Source: an uncultured Alphaproteobacteria bacterium
GTDB taxonomy: Bacteria; Pseudomonadota; Alphaproteobacteria; Geminicoccales; Geminicoccaceae
Length of the DNA stretch: 32,000 bases
Assembly (NCBI GenBank): GCA_963782885.1
Contig: CAWALL010000008.1
Coordinates: 698,400 to 730,399 of the forward strand
Reading direction: 5' to 3'
Part shown: piece after piece, positions 7,374 through 15,794 of the stretch
How positions within the stretch are numbered: position 1 is the first letter of the stretch
How the letters are laid out: each line of letters begins with the position of its first letter
Program-made: the position numbers and the translations under genes
Notes under the pieces: generated by a model
Database searches by the model: none
Seen by the model: the letters and a program-made list of their open reading frames with translations, nothing else
Told to the model about the DNA's origin: nothing

Positions 7374-10196
7374 ATGCGTCGTCAGCTCATTCTTGGGGCC
7401 ATTGGTGGTTTTGTCGCCGCGCTGTATCTGACCGGTGCGCTCGACTTTGTCGAACGCCATCTGCACGACCTCCGCAATGGCGTCCTCCCCCGCGCCGCCA
7501 GCGGTGAGATCGTCCTTGTGACGGTTGATCGCCAAAGCCTAGAACGACTGCCCGGGTGGCCATGGCCGCGAGCATATTACGGCACTGTGATTGAGCGGCT
7601 CATTGATGCCGGCGCGACCAAGATTGCGGTCGCGATCGATTTCAGCACGCCATCAGACGCTCAGAACGATCGACGTTTAGCCGCAGCCCTGGCGCGCGCC
7701 GGACCCCATCGGATAGCGCTTCCCGTGTTTCGCCAACTTGGCGAAGGCGACGAGGTTGACCACGTCGTCGAGCCGCTTGCCCTGTTCCGCCAACACTCGG
7801 CATTGGCATCGGCCGATCTGTGGCCGGACCAAGATGGTCTGGTCCGTCGTTTCGATGCCTATCAAAATGTGACGGGAGCCTCGATTCCGACCGTCCCCGA
7901 GTGGTTGCTGGGCGAATCAGAGAATCCAGCAAGGGGTAACCTCATCGATTTCAGCATCGAGCCCAGCACTGTCCCGCGCATCAGCTTTGCGGATGTGCTC
8001 GAAGGCAAATTCGACCTCACGCGGGTGGCAGGAAAACGCGTGCTCATCGGCGCCACCGCGGTCGAACTCGGGGACGAAGTCAGTGTCCCTCGCCACCGAA
8101 TGTTACCCGGCACCGTGTTGCAAGCCGTCATCGCGGAAACGATGCTTCAACAACGGGCCATCCGCACCCTCGGGGGTTGGCCTGTCGCCCTGCTTGGCGC
8201 CCTGATGGCGCTCGCCGTCGGCTGGCTCCTGGGCAAACTCGAGTGGCGCCGAGGCACGGCGCTGGTGGTCGCGGCCGTGACGCTCGTGCTATGCGTCGGC
8301 CTCGTGCTTCAGTTGACGGCAGCCATCTCGCTACAGACTTCACCGATCCTCCTGAACATCCTGCTGGCCGCGCTCGCCGGGCAGCTCGATCGTCAGGTCT
8401 CGACGATATTGGCGCAGCGTCTGGCTCTTCGGGGCAAAGACGCTCTTCTGGGCCGTCTGGTCAATAATGTGTTCGATGGCATTGTAGCGTTCGACGATCA
8501 AGGCAAGGTGTTGTCGTGGAACTGTGCTGCCGAGCACATGTTTGGTGACTCGACTGAACAGATCAAGGGACGGCCGCTAGGGGAGTTGTTGCCGCTCTTA
8601 CAGCACAGCCACGCCGCCGAGGGTACACGCACCCCGCGCGAGCTCGTTGCCAAACGAAGTGATGGCAGTCGCTTCCCCGTGGAGGTCGCGGTTAGCACCG
8701 CCGACATGGAAGGCGTGCGGATGGGGATTGCAGTTGTCCGGGACATCACGAAGCGCAAGGCGGACGAGGAACTCGCCCATCAAGCTCTTCACGACAGCCT
8801 GACCGGGCTGCCGAATCGAGCGTATCTGCTCAACCGGCTCGGGGAAATGATGGTCGACGTCGAGCGCTCGCGCGAGCCGTTCGCTCTGCTGATGGTCGAC
8901 CTCGACGGCTTCAAACAGATCAATGATCGGTTTGGCCACTCTACCGGCGACCTGGTCTTACGCGATCTCGCACCGCGCTTACAAGAACCTTTGCGCAGGG
9001 ACGATGTCGTCGCTCGGCTCGGTGGCGATGAATTCGCGATCCTGCTGTCGCCGCCGACCGACGCCAGCGCCTCCTTGGCGATCGCAGGTCGAATCAATCA
9101 TTGCTTGCGCCAACCCCTGCTGGTTGATCGGATGCGCTTCAGGCTGTCCGCAAGCATCGGCATCGCCCTCCATCCGCAGCATGGTCGTAAAGCCAGCCAT
9201 CTGCTGCGCCGCGCCGACGCGGCCATGTACACAGCCAAGCGCGATCGGCTCGTCCTGGCCCTGTACGACCCGGACTGCGAGGCGGCGATGATGGATGACT
9301 TCGTGCTGCGGGACGAGCTGGATCGGGCGATCCAGCAGGGCAATCTTTTGTTGCACTATCAGCCCAAGGTCGACGCCCGCACTCTGCGGCTTGTCGGACT
9401 GGAAGCATTGGTGCGCTGGCAGCACCCGGAGTATGGTCTGCTGCCGCCAGACAAGTTCATTCCGCTGGCGGAGGCCACCGATCTGATCCGACCCCTGACC
9501 GATTGGGTGTTGGATGCCGCAGTCCGCCAACAACGCCTGTGGTTTGAGCGCGGATACGACCTGGTTATTGCCGTCAATCTGTCTGCTAAATCAATTCGGG
9601 ACCCTCAGCTCGTCAATAGATTTCAGGCGGTCTGCGAACGATGGATGGTCCCGCCGGATCGGGTGATGCTAGAGATTACTGAAAGCGCGGTGATTTCGGA
9701 TCCCAAATGCGCTTCGCGAGTACTCAGGCGCCTGGCACGAATTGGCTGCAGGATCGCACTCGATGATTTTGGCACGGGTTATTCATCGCTCGTGCATTTG
9801 CAGACCCTGCCGATCAGTGAGCTCAAGATCGATCGTTCCTTTGTTGCATCGATGTCGACCGAGCAAAATGCCTCAACTATAGTTCAGACTATTATCAATC
9901 TGGCACATACCCTGGGAATGCAGGTCGTCGCTGAGGGCGTCGAGGACCGAGCAACATTCACCAAACTCACGGTGATCGGCTGCGATCAGATCCAAGGTTA
10001 TCTGTTTGGGCGACCGAGGGCCGCCGATGACCTGGAAGAATCACTCCTTGAAAGCTCGCGGTCATCTGGCTCGAGCGACCAGGCGGATCGGCCTAAGAGC
10101 AGACTTGCTGCACTCCTCGCCGCAAGAGTTGGTTCTCTCCGATGCCCACCGGTTGCAGAGTTGGAAGGGGCCTTGAACAAGCCGGGCGCGGCGTGA
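7374..10196 (+). CDS. CHASE2 sensor - TM - PAS - GGDEF - EAL protein (c-di-GMP cyclase/phosphodiesterase)
   Basis: ATG 7374 lies 2 nt after the FecR-like stop (a TTG at 7368 is also possible). The N-terminal periplasmic CHASE2-like region is followed by hydrophobic helices (about residues 270-340). The PAS block is FDGIVAFDDQGKVLSWNCAAEHMFG. GGDEF is intact (RLGGDEFAILL). EAL is intact (EALVRWQHP, DDFGTGYSS, KIDRSF, EGVE, QGY). Confidence 0.9.
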   Translation: MRRQLILGAIGGFVAALYLTGALDFVERHLHDLRNGVLPRAASGEIVLVTVDRQSLERLPGWPWPRAYYGTVIERLIDAGATKIAVAIDFSTPSDAQNDRRLAAALARAGPHRIALPVFRQLGEGDEVDHVVEPLALFRQHSALASADLWPDQDGLVRRFDAYQNVTGASIPTVPEWLLGESENPARGNLIDFSIEPSTVPRISFADVLEGKFDLTRVAGKRVLIGATAVELGDEVSVPRHRMLPGTVLQAVIAETMLQQRAIRTLGGWPVALLGALMALAVGWLLGKLEWRRGTALVVAAVTLVLCVGLVLQLTAAISLQTSPILLNILLAALAGQLDRQVSTILAQRLALRGKDALLGRLVNNVFDGIVAFDDQGKVLSWNCAAEHMFGDSTEQIKGRPLGELLPLLQHSHAAEGTRTPRELVAKRSDGSRFPVEVAVSTADMEGVRMGIAVVRDITKRKADEELAHQALHDSLTGLPNRAYLLNRLGEMMVDVERSREPFALLMVDLDGFKQINDRFGHSTGDLVLRDLAPRLQEPLRRDDVVARLGGDEFAILLSPPTDASASLAIAGRINHCLRQPLLVDRMRFRLSASIGIALHPQHGRKASHLLRRADAAMYTAKRDRLVLALYDPDCEAAMMDDFVLRDELDRAIQQGNLLLHYQPKVDARTLRLVGLEALVRWQHPEYGLLPPDKFIPLAEATDLIRPLTDWVLDAAVRQQRLWFERGYDLVIAVNLSAKSIRDPQLVNRFQAVCERWMVPPDRVMLEITESAVISDPKCASRVLRRLARIGCRIALDDFGTGYSSLVHLQTLPISELKIDRSFVASMSTEQNASTIVQTIINLAHTLGMQVVAEGVEDRATFTKLTVIGCDQIQGYLFGRPRAADDLEESLLESSRSSGSSDQADRPKSRLAALLAARVGSLRCPPVAELEGALNKPGAA

Positions 10197-10526
10197 GGAT
10201 CTGCGAGTGGGCACTGGGGCACTGGCCCGTCGTTCGTCGCTAAGTGCAGCAACTCCACCGCCGGTACGGATTTCATCGAGAGCTTGACACGGCTCAGGGA
10301 CGCCAAGGCGTGACTGGGAGACGACTCTAAGAGCCGATCTTTCGCATGGCGCCCCGACCGTCCGCAAAGGGACCGGTAGCGGACTCCGACGTCGAGATCG
10401 CTTGATCGTTCGAGATGCGGCGCGGCCAAGAGCGGGTCTGAGCTCAATCCCTCATTAACCTCGGCCAGCTAATAGGGAGCGCGCGCACGGGGTGCGCCTG
10501 GATCGGGCGATCCAGCAGACCGCCGA

Positions 10527-10955
10527 ATGGGGAATGCACGCGCTATGATGGCTGTCCCTTCGCCGCGCCGGTTGGTGGCGCTGACCCTGGCCGTGGTCAT
10601 GTTCGCGCTGACCGGGCCGATCGATGTCGCCCGCGCCGCCCTGGTGACGACCGAGCAGGCGATCGAGCCGGCGGTCCAGGTCGATGCGCGCGCCCGCGTG
10701 GCCGCCTTCCTGGCCCGCGACGACGTCCGCCAGCAGATGGTGGCGCTCGGCGTCGACCCGGCCGAGGCGGTCGATCGGGTCGCCAGCCTGTCCGATGCCG
10801 AGGTCCAGAGGATCGCCGGCCAGCTCGACCGGCTGCCGGCGGGCGGGGACGCCATCGTCGCGGTGATCGGCGCCGCCGTGTTCATCTTCCTGGTGCTGCT
10901 GATCACCGACCTGCTCGGCCTGACCCACGTCTTTCCGTTCATCAACCACCACTGA
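10527..10955 (+). CDS. PA2779-family small protein (signal/TM N-terminus, C-terminal TM anchor)
   Basis: 142-aa ORF with the blocks FLARDDVRQQMVALGVDPAEAVDRVASLSDAEVQRIAGQLD and a C-terminal helix AVIGAAVFIFLVLLITDLLG. It sits 2 nt upstream of a PA2778-type peptidase gene, as in the conserved pair. The start could instead be one of the two nearby downstream Met codons (MMAVPS...). Confidence 0.75.
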   Translation: MGNARAMMAVPSPRRLVALTLAVVMFALTGPIDVARAALVTTEQAIEPAVQVDARARVAAFLARDDVRQQMVALGVDPAEAVDRVASLSDAEVQRIAGQLDRLPAGGDAIVAVIGAAVFIFLVLLITDLLGLTHVFPFINHH

Positions 10956-10957
10956 CG

Positions 10958-11983
10958 ATGGCACGCGGGCGCCTGGGCGTCGCGGCTCTGGCCGCGCTGG
11001 GCCTGGCCGCCTGCGCGACCCCGGCCGCGGTCGAGCGCGCGGCGCTGCGCCCGGCGCTGCCGGAGCGGGCCGAGGTCGCGGGCGTCCCGTTCGAGCCCCA
11101 GGACGAGCTCTGGTGCGGGCCGGCAGCACTCGCGATGGCGCTCAGCTGGTCGGGCCCGCGGGTCACGCAGGCGGAGCTGGCGCCCGCGGTCTATACGCCC
11201 GGGCGCGCCGGCACGCTCCAGTCCGACCTGCTGGCCGCCGCCCGCAGCCACGGCCGGCTCGCGGTCCCGGTCGCCGAGCTCGGCGATCTGATGGCCGAGC
11301 TGGCGGCCGGCCATCCGGTGCTGGTGCTGCAGAACCTCGGCCTCGGCTGGTGGCCGGTCTGGCACTACGCGCTCGCGGTCGGCTACGACCGCACCGCCGG
11401 CGACCTCGTGCTCCGCTCCGGCCTCGAGGCGCGCCAGCGCATCGCGCTCGCGACCTTCGAGCGGACCTGGGCGCGCGCCGGGCACTGGGGCCTCGTGATC
11501 CTGCCGCCGGACCGGTTGCCCGCGAGCGCCGGCCCGGCGCAGGTCGTGCCGGCCGCCGCCGCCCTCGAGCGGGCCGGCCGCCTCGCGGCCGCCAGGGTCG
11601 CCTACGACACGATCCTCGAGCGCTGGCCGGACGACGCCACCGCCCGGCTCGGGCGCGGCAACGTCCGCTACGCCGAGGGCGACCTCGAGGGCGCCGAACG
11701 CGCGTTCCGGGACGCGGCGTCGAGCGATCCCGAGAGCGGCGCCGCCTGGAACAATCTCGCCCAGGTCCTGCTCGAGCGCGGCGAGCCCGAGGCCGCGCTC
11801 GACGCCGCGCGCCGCGCGGTCGCGCTGGGCGGCCCGCTGGCGCCGACCTACCAGACGACGCTCGGCCAGATCGAGGACGCGCTGCCGACGCCCCGGCGAT
11901 CGCCCGCCGCGGACGCGCCCGCCACAGCCGCCACAGCCGCCCCACGCGCCAAGCCCCCCGACGCCCACATCGCCGCCCGCTGA
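10958..11983 (+). CDS. PA2778-family cysteine peptidase (C39-like domain plus C-terminal TPR)
   Basis: The lipoprotein-like N-terminus is LGLAAC. The catalytic Cys context is PFEPQDELWCGPAALAMALSWSG, and His is in GHPVLVLQNLG...WHYALAVGYD. The C-terminal TPR-like repeats include RLGRGNVRYAEGDLEGAERAFRDA and AWNNLAQVLLERGE. Confidence 0.8.
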   Translation: MARGRLGVAALAALGLAACATPAAVERAALRPALPERAEVAGVPFEPQDELWCGPAALAMALSWSGPRVTQAELAPAVYTPGRAGTLQSDLLAAARSHGRLAVPVAELGDLMAELAAGHPVLVLQNLGLGWWPVWHYALAVGYDRTAGDLVLRSGLEARQRIALATFERTWARAGHWGLVILPPDRLPASAGPAQVVPAAAALERAGRLAAARVAYDTILERWPDDATARLGRGNVRYAEGDLEGAERAFRDAASSDPESGAAWNNLAQVLLERGEPEAALDAARRAVALGGPLAPTYQTTLGQIEDALPTPRRSPAADAPATAATAAPRAKPPDAHIAAR

Positions 11984-12174
11984 GCGCGCCGACGGCGCGC
12001 CCGGCGGCGTCGTGCGCCCGGGCGAGCGCCCGGCCATCGCGTTTTCCGCCTGCGCGCGGCTCCCGACGTCGGGCCGGAGGCGCGCCCGCCCGGTCCGGCC
12101 CGCGCGGGGCTGTTCAAGCCTGGCGCCAGCCGGCAGGATGCGCGCAGCGCGGCCCTGATCCTGGGAGGTGGCAC

Positions 12175-13101
12175 GTGGCGCTGATGTTTTTGAGCCCGGA
12201 CGATCCGGCCGAGGCCTGGCGGCGCGAGCTCCTGGCCCGCATGCCCGAGCTCGAGGTCGAGATCTGGCCCGAGGTCGGCGACCCCGCGGCGATCGATCTC
12301 GCGCTGGTCTGGCGGGCGCCGCCGGGCGAGCTCGCCCGCTACCCGAACCTGAAGGTGATCCTCTCGCTCGGCGCCGGCATCGAGTGGCTGGTCGCCGACC
12401 CCTCCGTCCCCGACGTCCCGATCGCGCGCATGGTCGACCCCTCGCTGACCCGCACGATGACCGAGTACGTGCTGCTCGCGGTCCTCCGCCATCACCGCGA
12501 GTTCGACCGCTTCGAGCGCGCCCAGCGCGCCCGCGACTGGGCCTACCGCTTTCCGCCCCAGGCCGCCGACCGCCGGGTCGGGATCATGGGCCTGGGCGAG
12601 CTCGGCGCCGCGGCCGCCCACGAGCTCGTCCGCCACGGCTTTGCCGTCGCCGGCTGGAGCCGCACTGGCAAGGCGCTGCCCGATGTCACCGACTACGTCG
12701 GCCGCAGCGAGCTGCACGCGTTCCTGCACCAGACCGACATTCTGGTCTGCCTGCTGCCGCTCACGGCCGACACCCGCGGCATCCTCGACGCCGAGACCTT
12801 CGCGAGCCTGCCGCACGGCGCCTGCGTGATCAACGCCGCCCGCGGCGCCCACCTGGTCGAACCCGACCTGCTCGCCGCCCTCGGGAGTGGCCACCTCGCC
12901 GGCGCCACCCTCGATGTCTTCCAGACCGAGCCGCTGCCCCCGGAAAACCCGCTCTGGAGCCACCCCAAGGTCCTGATCACGCCCCACGTCGCCAGCTACT
13001 GCCTGCCCGCGACCGCCGCCGACGGCGTGGTCGACAACATCCGCCGCGCCCGGGCCGGCCAGCCGCTCCGCCACCAGGTCGACCGCACCCGCGGCTATTG
13101 A
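12175..13101 (+). CDS. D-2-hydroxyacid dehydrogenase family protein (glyoxylate/hydroxypyruvate reductase A-like)
   Basis: GTG 12175 lies 6 nt after GGGAGG (12163-12168); ATG 12184 is an alternative start. The NAD motif is VGIMGLGELG, and the catalytic region is INAARG...LDVF..EPLP...HPKVLITPHVAS. The long upstream part of the track ORF (from 11113) is Arg/Pro-rich junk that overlaps the peptidase gene. Confidence 0.88.
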   Translation: MALMFLSPDDPAEAWRRELLARMPELEVEIWPEVGDPAAIDLALVWRAPPGELARYPNLKVILSLGAGIEWLVADPSVPDVPIARMVDPSLTRTMTEYVLLAVLRHHREFDRFERAQRARDWAYRFPPQAADRRVGIMGLGELGAAAAHELVRHGFAVAGWSRTGKALPDVTDYVGRSELHAFLHQTDILVCLLPLTADTRGILDAETFASLPHGACVINAARGAHLVEPDLLAALGSGHLAGATLDVFQTEPLPPENPLWSHPKVLITPHVASYCLPATAADGVVDNIRRARAGQPLRHQVDRTRGY

Positions 13102-13226
13102 CCCGGCGGCTGCCCCGCCCGACCGCCCGCGATCCGCCCGTCCAGGGCCGGCTCGCGACCCGCGAGCGTCGCGCCCACCCCCTATCCCGAACTCCAGAGT
13201 CACGAAAAACGCTGGAGCCCGCCGCC

Positions 13227-13556
13227 ATGCGCCTTCCCGCCCTCCTCGCCCTGGCCCTTGCGCTCGCCGCCTGCGCCGACCAGCGCGCGAGCGACGTCCT
13301 GCCCGGCGAGCGCTCCGCGACCGGCACCGCGCGCCAGGTTCTCAACGGCGTCGGCACGCCGGTCTACGCGGTCGTCAAGGGGGCGAGCTGCGTTGCGACC
13401 GGCGTGGTCGCGATCCCCGCCGCGACCGCCTTCCAGGTCACCGGCAACCCCCAGGACCGCGGCCTCGCGGACGACACCTACAAAACCGTCGGCCGCGTCT
13501 GCGGCGGCTCGTACAAGCTCGGCGCCCCACCCGAGGGCGTGCCCCCGAGCCAGTGA
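13227..13556 (+). CDS. Small hypothetical lipoprotein (109 aa)
   Basis: ATG 13227. The signal peptide with lipobox is MRLPALLALALALAAC. It lies in frame within track ORF 12168..13556. I recognise no family. Confidence 0.6.
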   Translation: MRLPALLALALALAACADQRASDVLPGERSATGTARQVLNGVGTPVYAVVKGASCVATGVVAIPAATAFQVTGNPQDRGLADDTYKTVGRVCGGSYKLGAPPEGVPPSQ

Positions 13557-14129
13557 TCACGACAAGCCGCTGACGGTTCGTGACCCGCCCGTCGGGTTCG
13601 CGCCACCCGGCCCGCCGGCCTTCGCCTCGCCGCCATCCTCTCGTCCGCCGCCGCCCCGGCTCTGCCAGTAGAGCTGCTGCTCCTCGGCGATGATCTCTTC
13701 GATCGCCTCGACAAACCGCAGATACGCCTGGTCCTCGTCCGCAATCTCCCGATAGGCGCCGGCGCCGTTGATGTAGAGACGATATTCGCGCTTCATCCGC
13801 TCCGACGCCTTGCGGTAGCCGAGCCAGATCTCATCGAAATTGCCGATCCGCTCGATCCCCTTGGCCAGGACCACGATCAGGCCGAGCGCGCCGGTGACGA
13901 GCTTCACCGGGAAGTTGGCCGGGATGATCTGGGCGGCGGTGGTGAGCCCGCCGGCCGCCAGCACCACGAACGCGAGCCACTGCGACCACTGTTTGTAGCG
14001 GCCGGCTTTCCGGGCGTACCAGTCGCGCTGATTTTCCAGATGCTCGCCGAGATACCGCTTGGCCCGCGCGACCCGCCCGGCCGTGCGGTCGTCGGTCGCC
14101 GCCTCCGTCAAGGTCGCTTCGTTGCCCAT
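13557..14129 (-). CDS. SLATT-domain (DUF4231) two-transmembrane putative effector protein, intact (190 aa)
   Basis: The N-terminal helix is HLENQRDWYARKAGRYKQWSQW. Two hydrophobic helices follow (LAFVVLAAGGLTTAAQII and LVTGALGLIVVLA). The family-typical post-TM helix is FDEIWLGYRKASERMKREYRLY. The tail is Gly-rich. The ATG lies 15 nt downstream of the STAND gene stop. Confidence 0.85.
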   Translation of the reverse strand: MGNEATLTEAATDDRTAGRVARAKRYLGEHLENQRDWYARKAGRYKQWSQWLAFVVLAAGGLTTAAQIIPANFPVKLVTGALGLIVVLAKGIERIGNFDEIWLGYRKASERMKREYRLYINGAGAYREIADEDQAYLRFVEAIEEIIAEEQQLYWQSRGGGGREDGGEAKAGGPGGANPTGGSRTVSGLS

Positions 14130-14144
14130 GGCGCCAATTCCCAG

Positions 14145-14873
14145 CTACCCGACCTCGGCTTCCAGCGCCTCGACCTCCGGCCGCCGCCGGCCGTAGCCGG
14201 TTTCTTCCACGAGCCGCCTCGCCTCGACGACCTGCTCGCGCCCCCTTTCCCGATCGCCCTCCGCGAGCGCGAGCCGGGCATATTCGAGATGGGCATCGCA
14301 CTGAAAGAGCCGCATCTCGGAGCGCCTTGCGATCCGCATCGCTTCGTCCAGATCCTGCTTGGCGGCCGGGAGATCGCAGGTCTCCCGGAACAGCCCCGCG
14401 CGCGCCAGCAAGCCACGTGGCAGGTAGTGCATCGTACCCGCTTGGCGCAGTCCGTCGACCGCTTGGTTGAGCTGCATCATGGCCTTTTTAAACTCGCCCA
14501 CCGCTAGCGCGGCCCGGCCAAGGGAGAGGTGACCTAGGCCGAGGTCGAGCAGCTTACGACTGCCACCCAGCACGACCTCGAGCGCATACGCCGCTCGCCC
14601 GCGCGCCTCAGCAGCCCGGCCCCGAGCGAGCAGCAGATCGCAATACCGATAGCTCGGGATTGAGTAGAGCCGTGGGAACTTCGGCTGCCGGGACACCTGC
14701 AGCGCCTCCGCCTCTTGGAGCAGTTCCTCCGCACGCGTCGGCTGGCCCGCTTGGTGCAGCGCATCCGACAAAGCTGTACGTAAATCCATGCGCCGAGCAA
14801 GGTCTTTACTGCGGTCGGCGAGGTCGAACTTCCATCTTCCCGATGGCCATTGCCTCGGCGATGTTGCCCAGCG
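14145..14873 (-). pseudogene. C-terminal fragment: TPR-like repeat sensor region
   Basis: It is back in the original frame: ...FDLADRSKDLARRMDLRTALSDALHQAGQPTRAEELLQEAEAL...LGRAALAVGEFKKAMMQLNQAVDGL...HLEYARLALAEGDRERGREQVVEARRLVEETGY. The stop is TAG at 14145-14147. Confidence 0.75.
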
Positions 14874-15018
14874 TCAGATGCAGCTCAGAGAGATTGTTTG
14901 CTCGAACGGCTGCTTCCTTGAAATCCTGCATCACGACGCACGCGTCGAGCGATGCTTTCATTGGCGGCACCGCGTCCCGCAGCCGTCCGAGCGCGCGGAG
15001 ATCGAATGGCGGCGGCAT
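14806..15018 (-). pseudogene. Frame-shifted internal TPR-like segment
   Basis: The alternative frame reads PPPFDLRALGRLRDAVPPMKASLDACVVMQDFKEAAVRANNLSELHLTLGNIAEAMAIG, which is plausible helical repeat sequence. The flanking frame has several stops across the same span. Confidence 0.65.
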
Positions 15019-15763
15019 TCAGCAGGAACGCCTGAGTCGGATTCAGTCAGCGTCGGCACTGGTTTCTCGAACGGCGGATCGAACAGGCCGGCGAGCGCCG
15101 CCAGATCCTGACCGAAGGCGCCGAGCTTCCTGGTGGCGTAGAACTCGTTCGTCCTGCTGATCCGCGCCCAGTACACCTTCTCAGCAGCTTCCTGATACCG
15201 TCCCGCTTGGCAACCGTGGTGCATCGCCTGGAACAGCAGCGCCATCTCGGTAAGCGTGTCGGGCAGCTCCTTAGCGCTGTCCCGCAGGAGCTCGTACAGC
15301 CGCCCGTGCCCCGCCCGCCACGCCTCCGGTTTTTCCGCCTTTAGCCGCTCCCCGAAATGCTCCCGCACCAGCGGATGCGCGTCGATCTCGTCGGGCGCGT
15401 GGTGGCTCGCCGGGGCGAACAGGCCCAGAAGCCGTAGGCTTTCGATTTCCTCTTTCCGGTCTTCCGATGAGAGAGCCACCAGATGTTCGGTGAGACCGGC
15501 GATCGCCGGCGGCTCTATCAGGGCGGCTATGGCTTTGGCATCGGCCGGGCGATCGAAAAGACCGAGAAGGGCGAGCAGATTGGCCTTGGGGCCGTCACCA
15601 AAGCGCTCGGCGAAGGCCTGCATAAGTCGACGGGGATGGCGGCCTTCCTTCAGCGGAATGTCGAGATCGGGGATGGCCTCGGCGCGGCGGATGTGGTGGT
15701 CGTGCCACAGGCCGATCCAGGCGCCAAGCAACTTAATGGCGTAGGCATGATTGCCGAAGGCTT
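14958..15763 (-). pseudogene. Middle fragment: NB-ARC GLPL-like / winged-helix region and first helical repeats
   Basis: It continues the frame of the N-terminal fragment once the IS is removed: (K)AFGNHAYAIKLLGAWIGLW...LLALLGLFDRP...MALLFQAMHHGCQAGRYQEAAEKVYW. The last ~20 codons (ECRRHSISARSDGCGTRCRQ) look out of frame. Confidence 0.75.
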
Positions 15764-15794
15764 TGACGGCAACTAGCTCTCCATGAGTTTCAGG
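15764..15794. repeat. Target-site duplication TGACGGCA (15764-15771) plus terminal inverted repeat (15772-15794) of the IS1595-family element
   Basis: Read directly from the sequence. Confidence 0.85.

Noticed and set aside
7089-7535. 148-aa minus-strand ORF with PWPLPLPLPWPLPW repeats
   Set aside because: It is the reverse complement of the G-K/Q/N repeat tract of the FecR-like gene. It has no start context and overlaps two well-supported plus-strand genes.
10197-10526. 330-bp spacer after the CHASE2 gene checked for a tRNA, an ncRNA or a small gene (minus-strand ORFs of 149 and 101 aa)
   Set aside because: I could fold no cloverleaf or obvious structured element by eye. The ORFs overlap the CHASE2 3' end and have no motifs. 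Only the 21-bp repeat was kept as a finding.
10469-12037. 522-aa minus-strand ORF, plus a 260-aa ORF, antisense to the PA2779/PA2778 genes
   Set aside because: Low-complexity Arg/Gly/Ala composition on the strand opposite two ORFs with recognisable catalytic and TM features. Judged a GC-driven artefact.
11113-12174. N-terminal 350-codon extension of the 2-hydroxyacid dehydrogenase ORF
   Set aside because: The extension is an Arg/Pro-rich frame that overlaps the peptidase gene. A GGGAGG Shine-Dalgarno precedes GTG 12175, and homologous dehydrogenases are about 310 aa.
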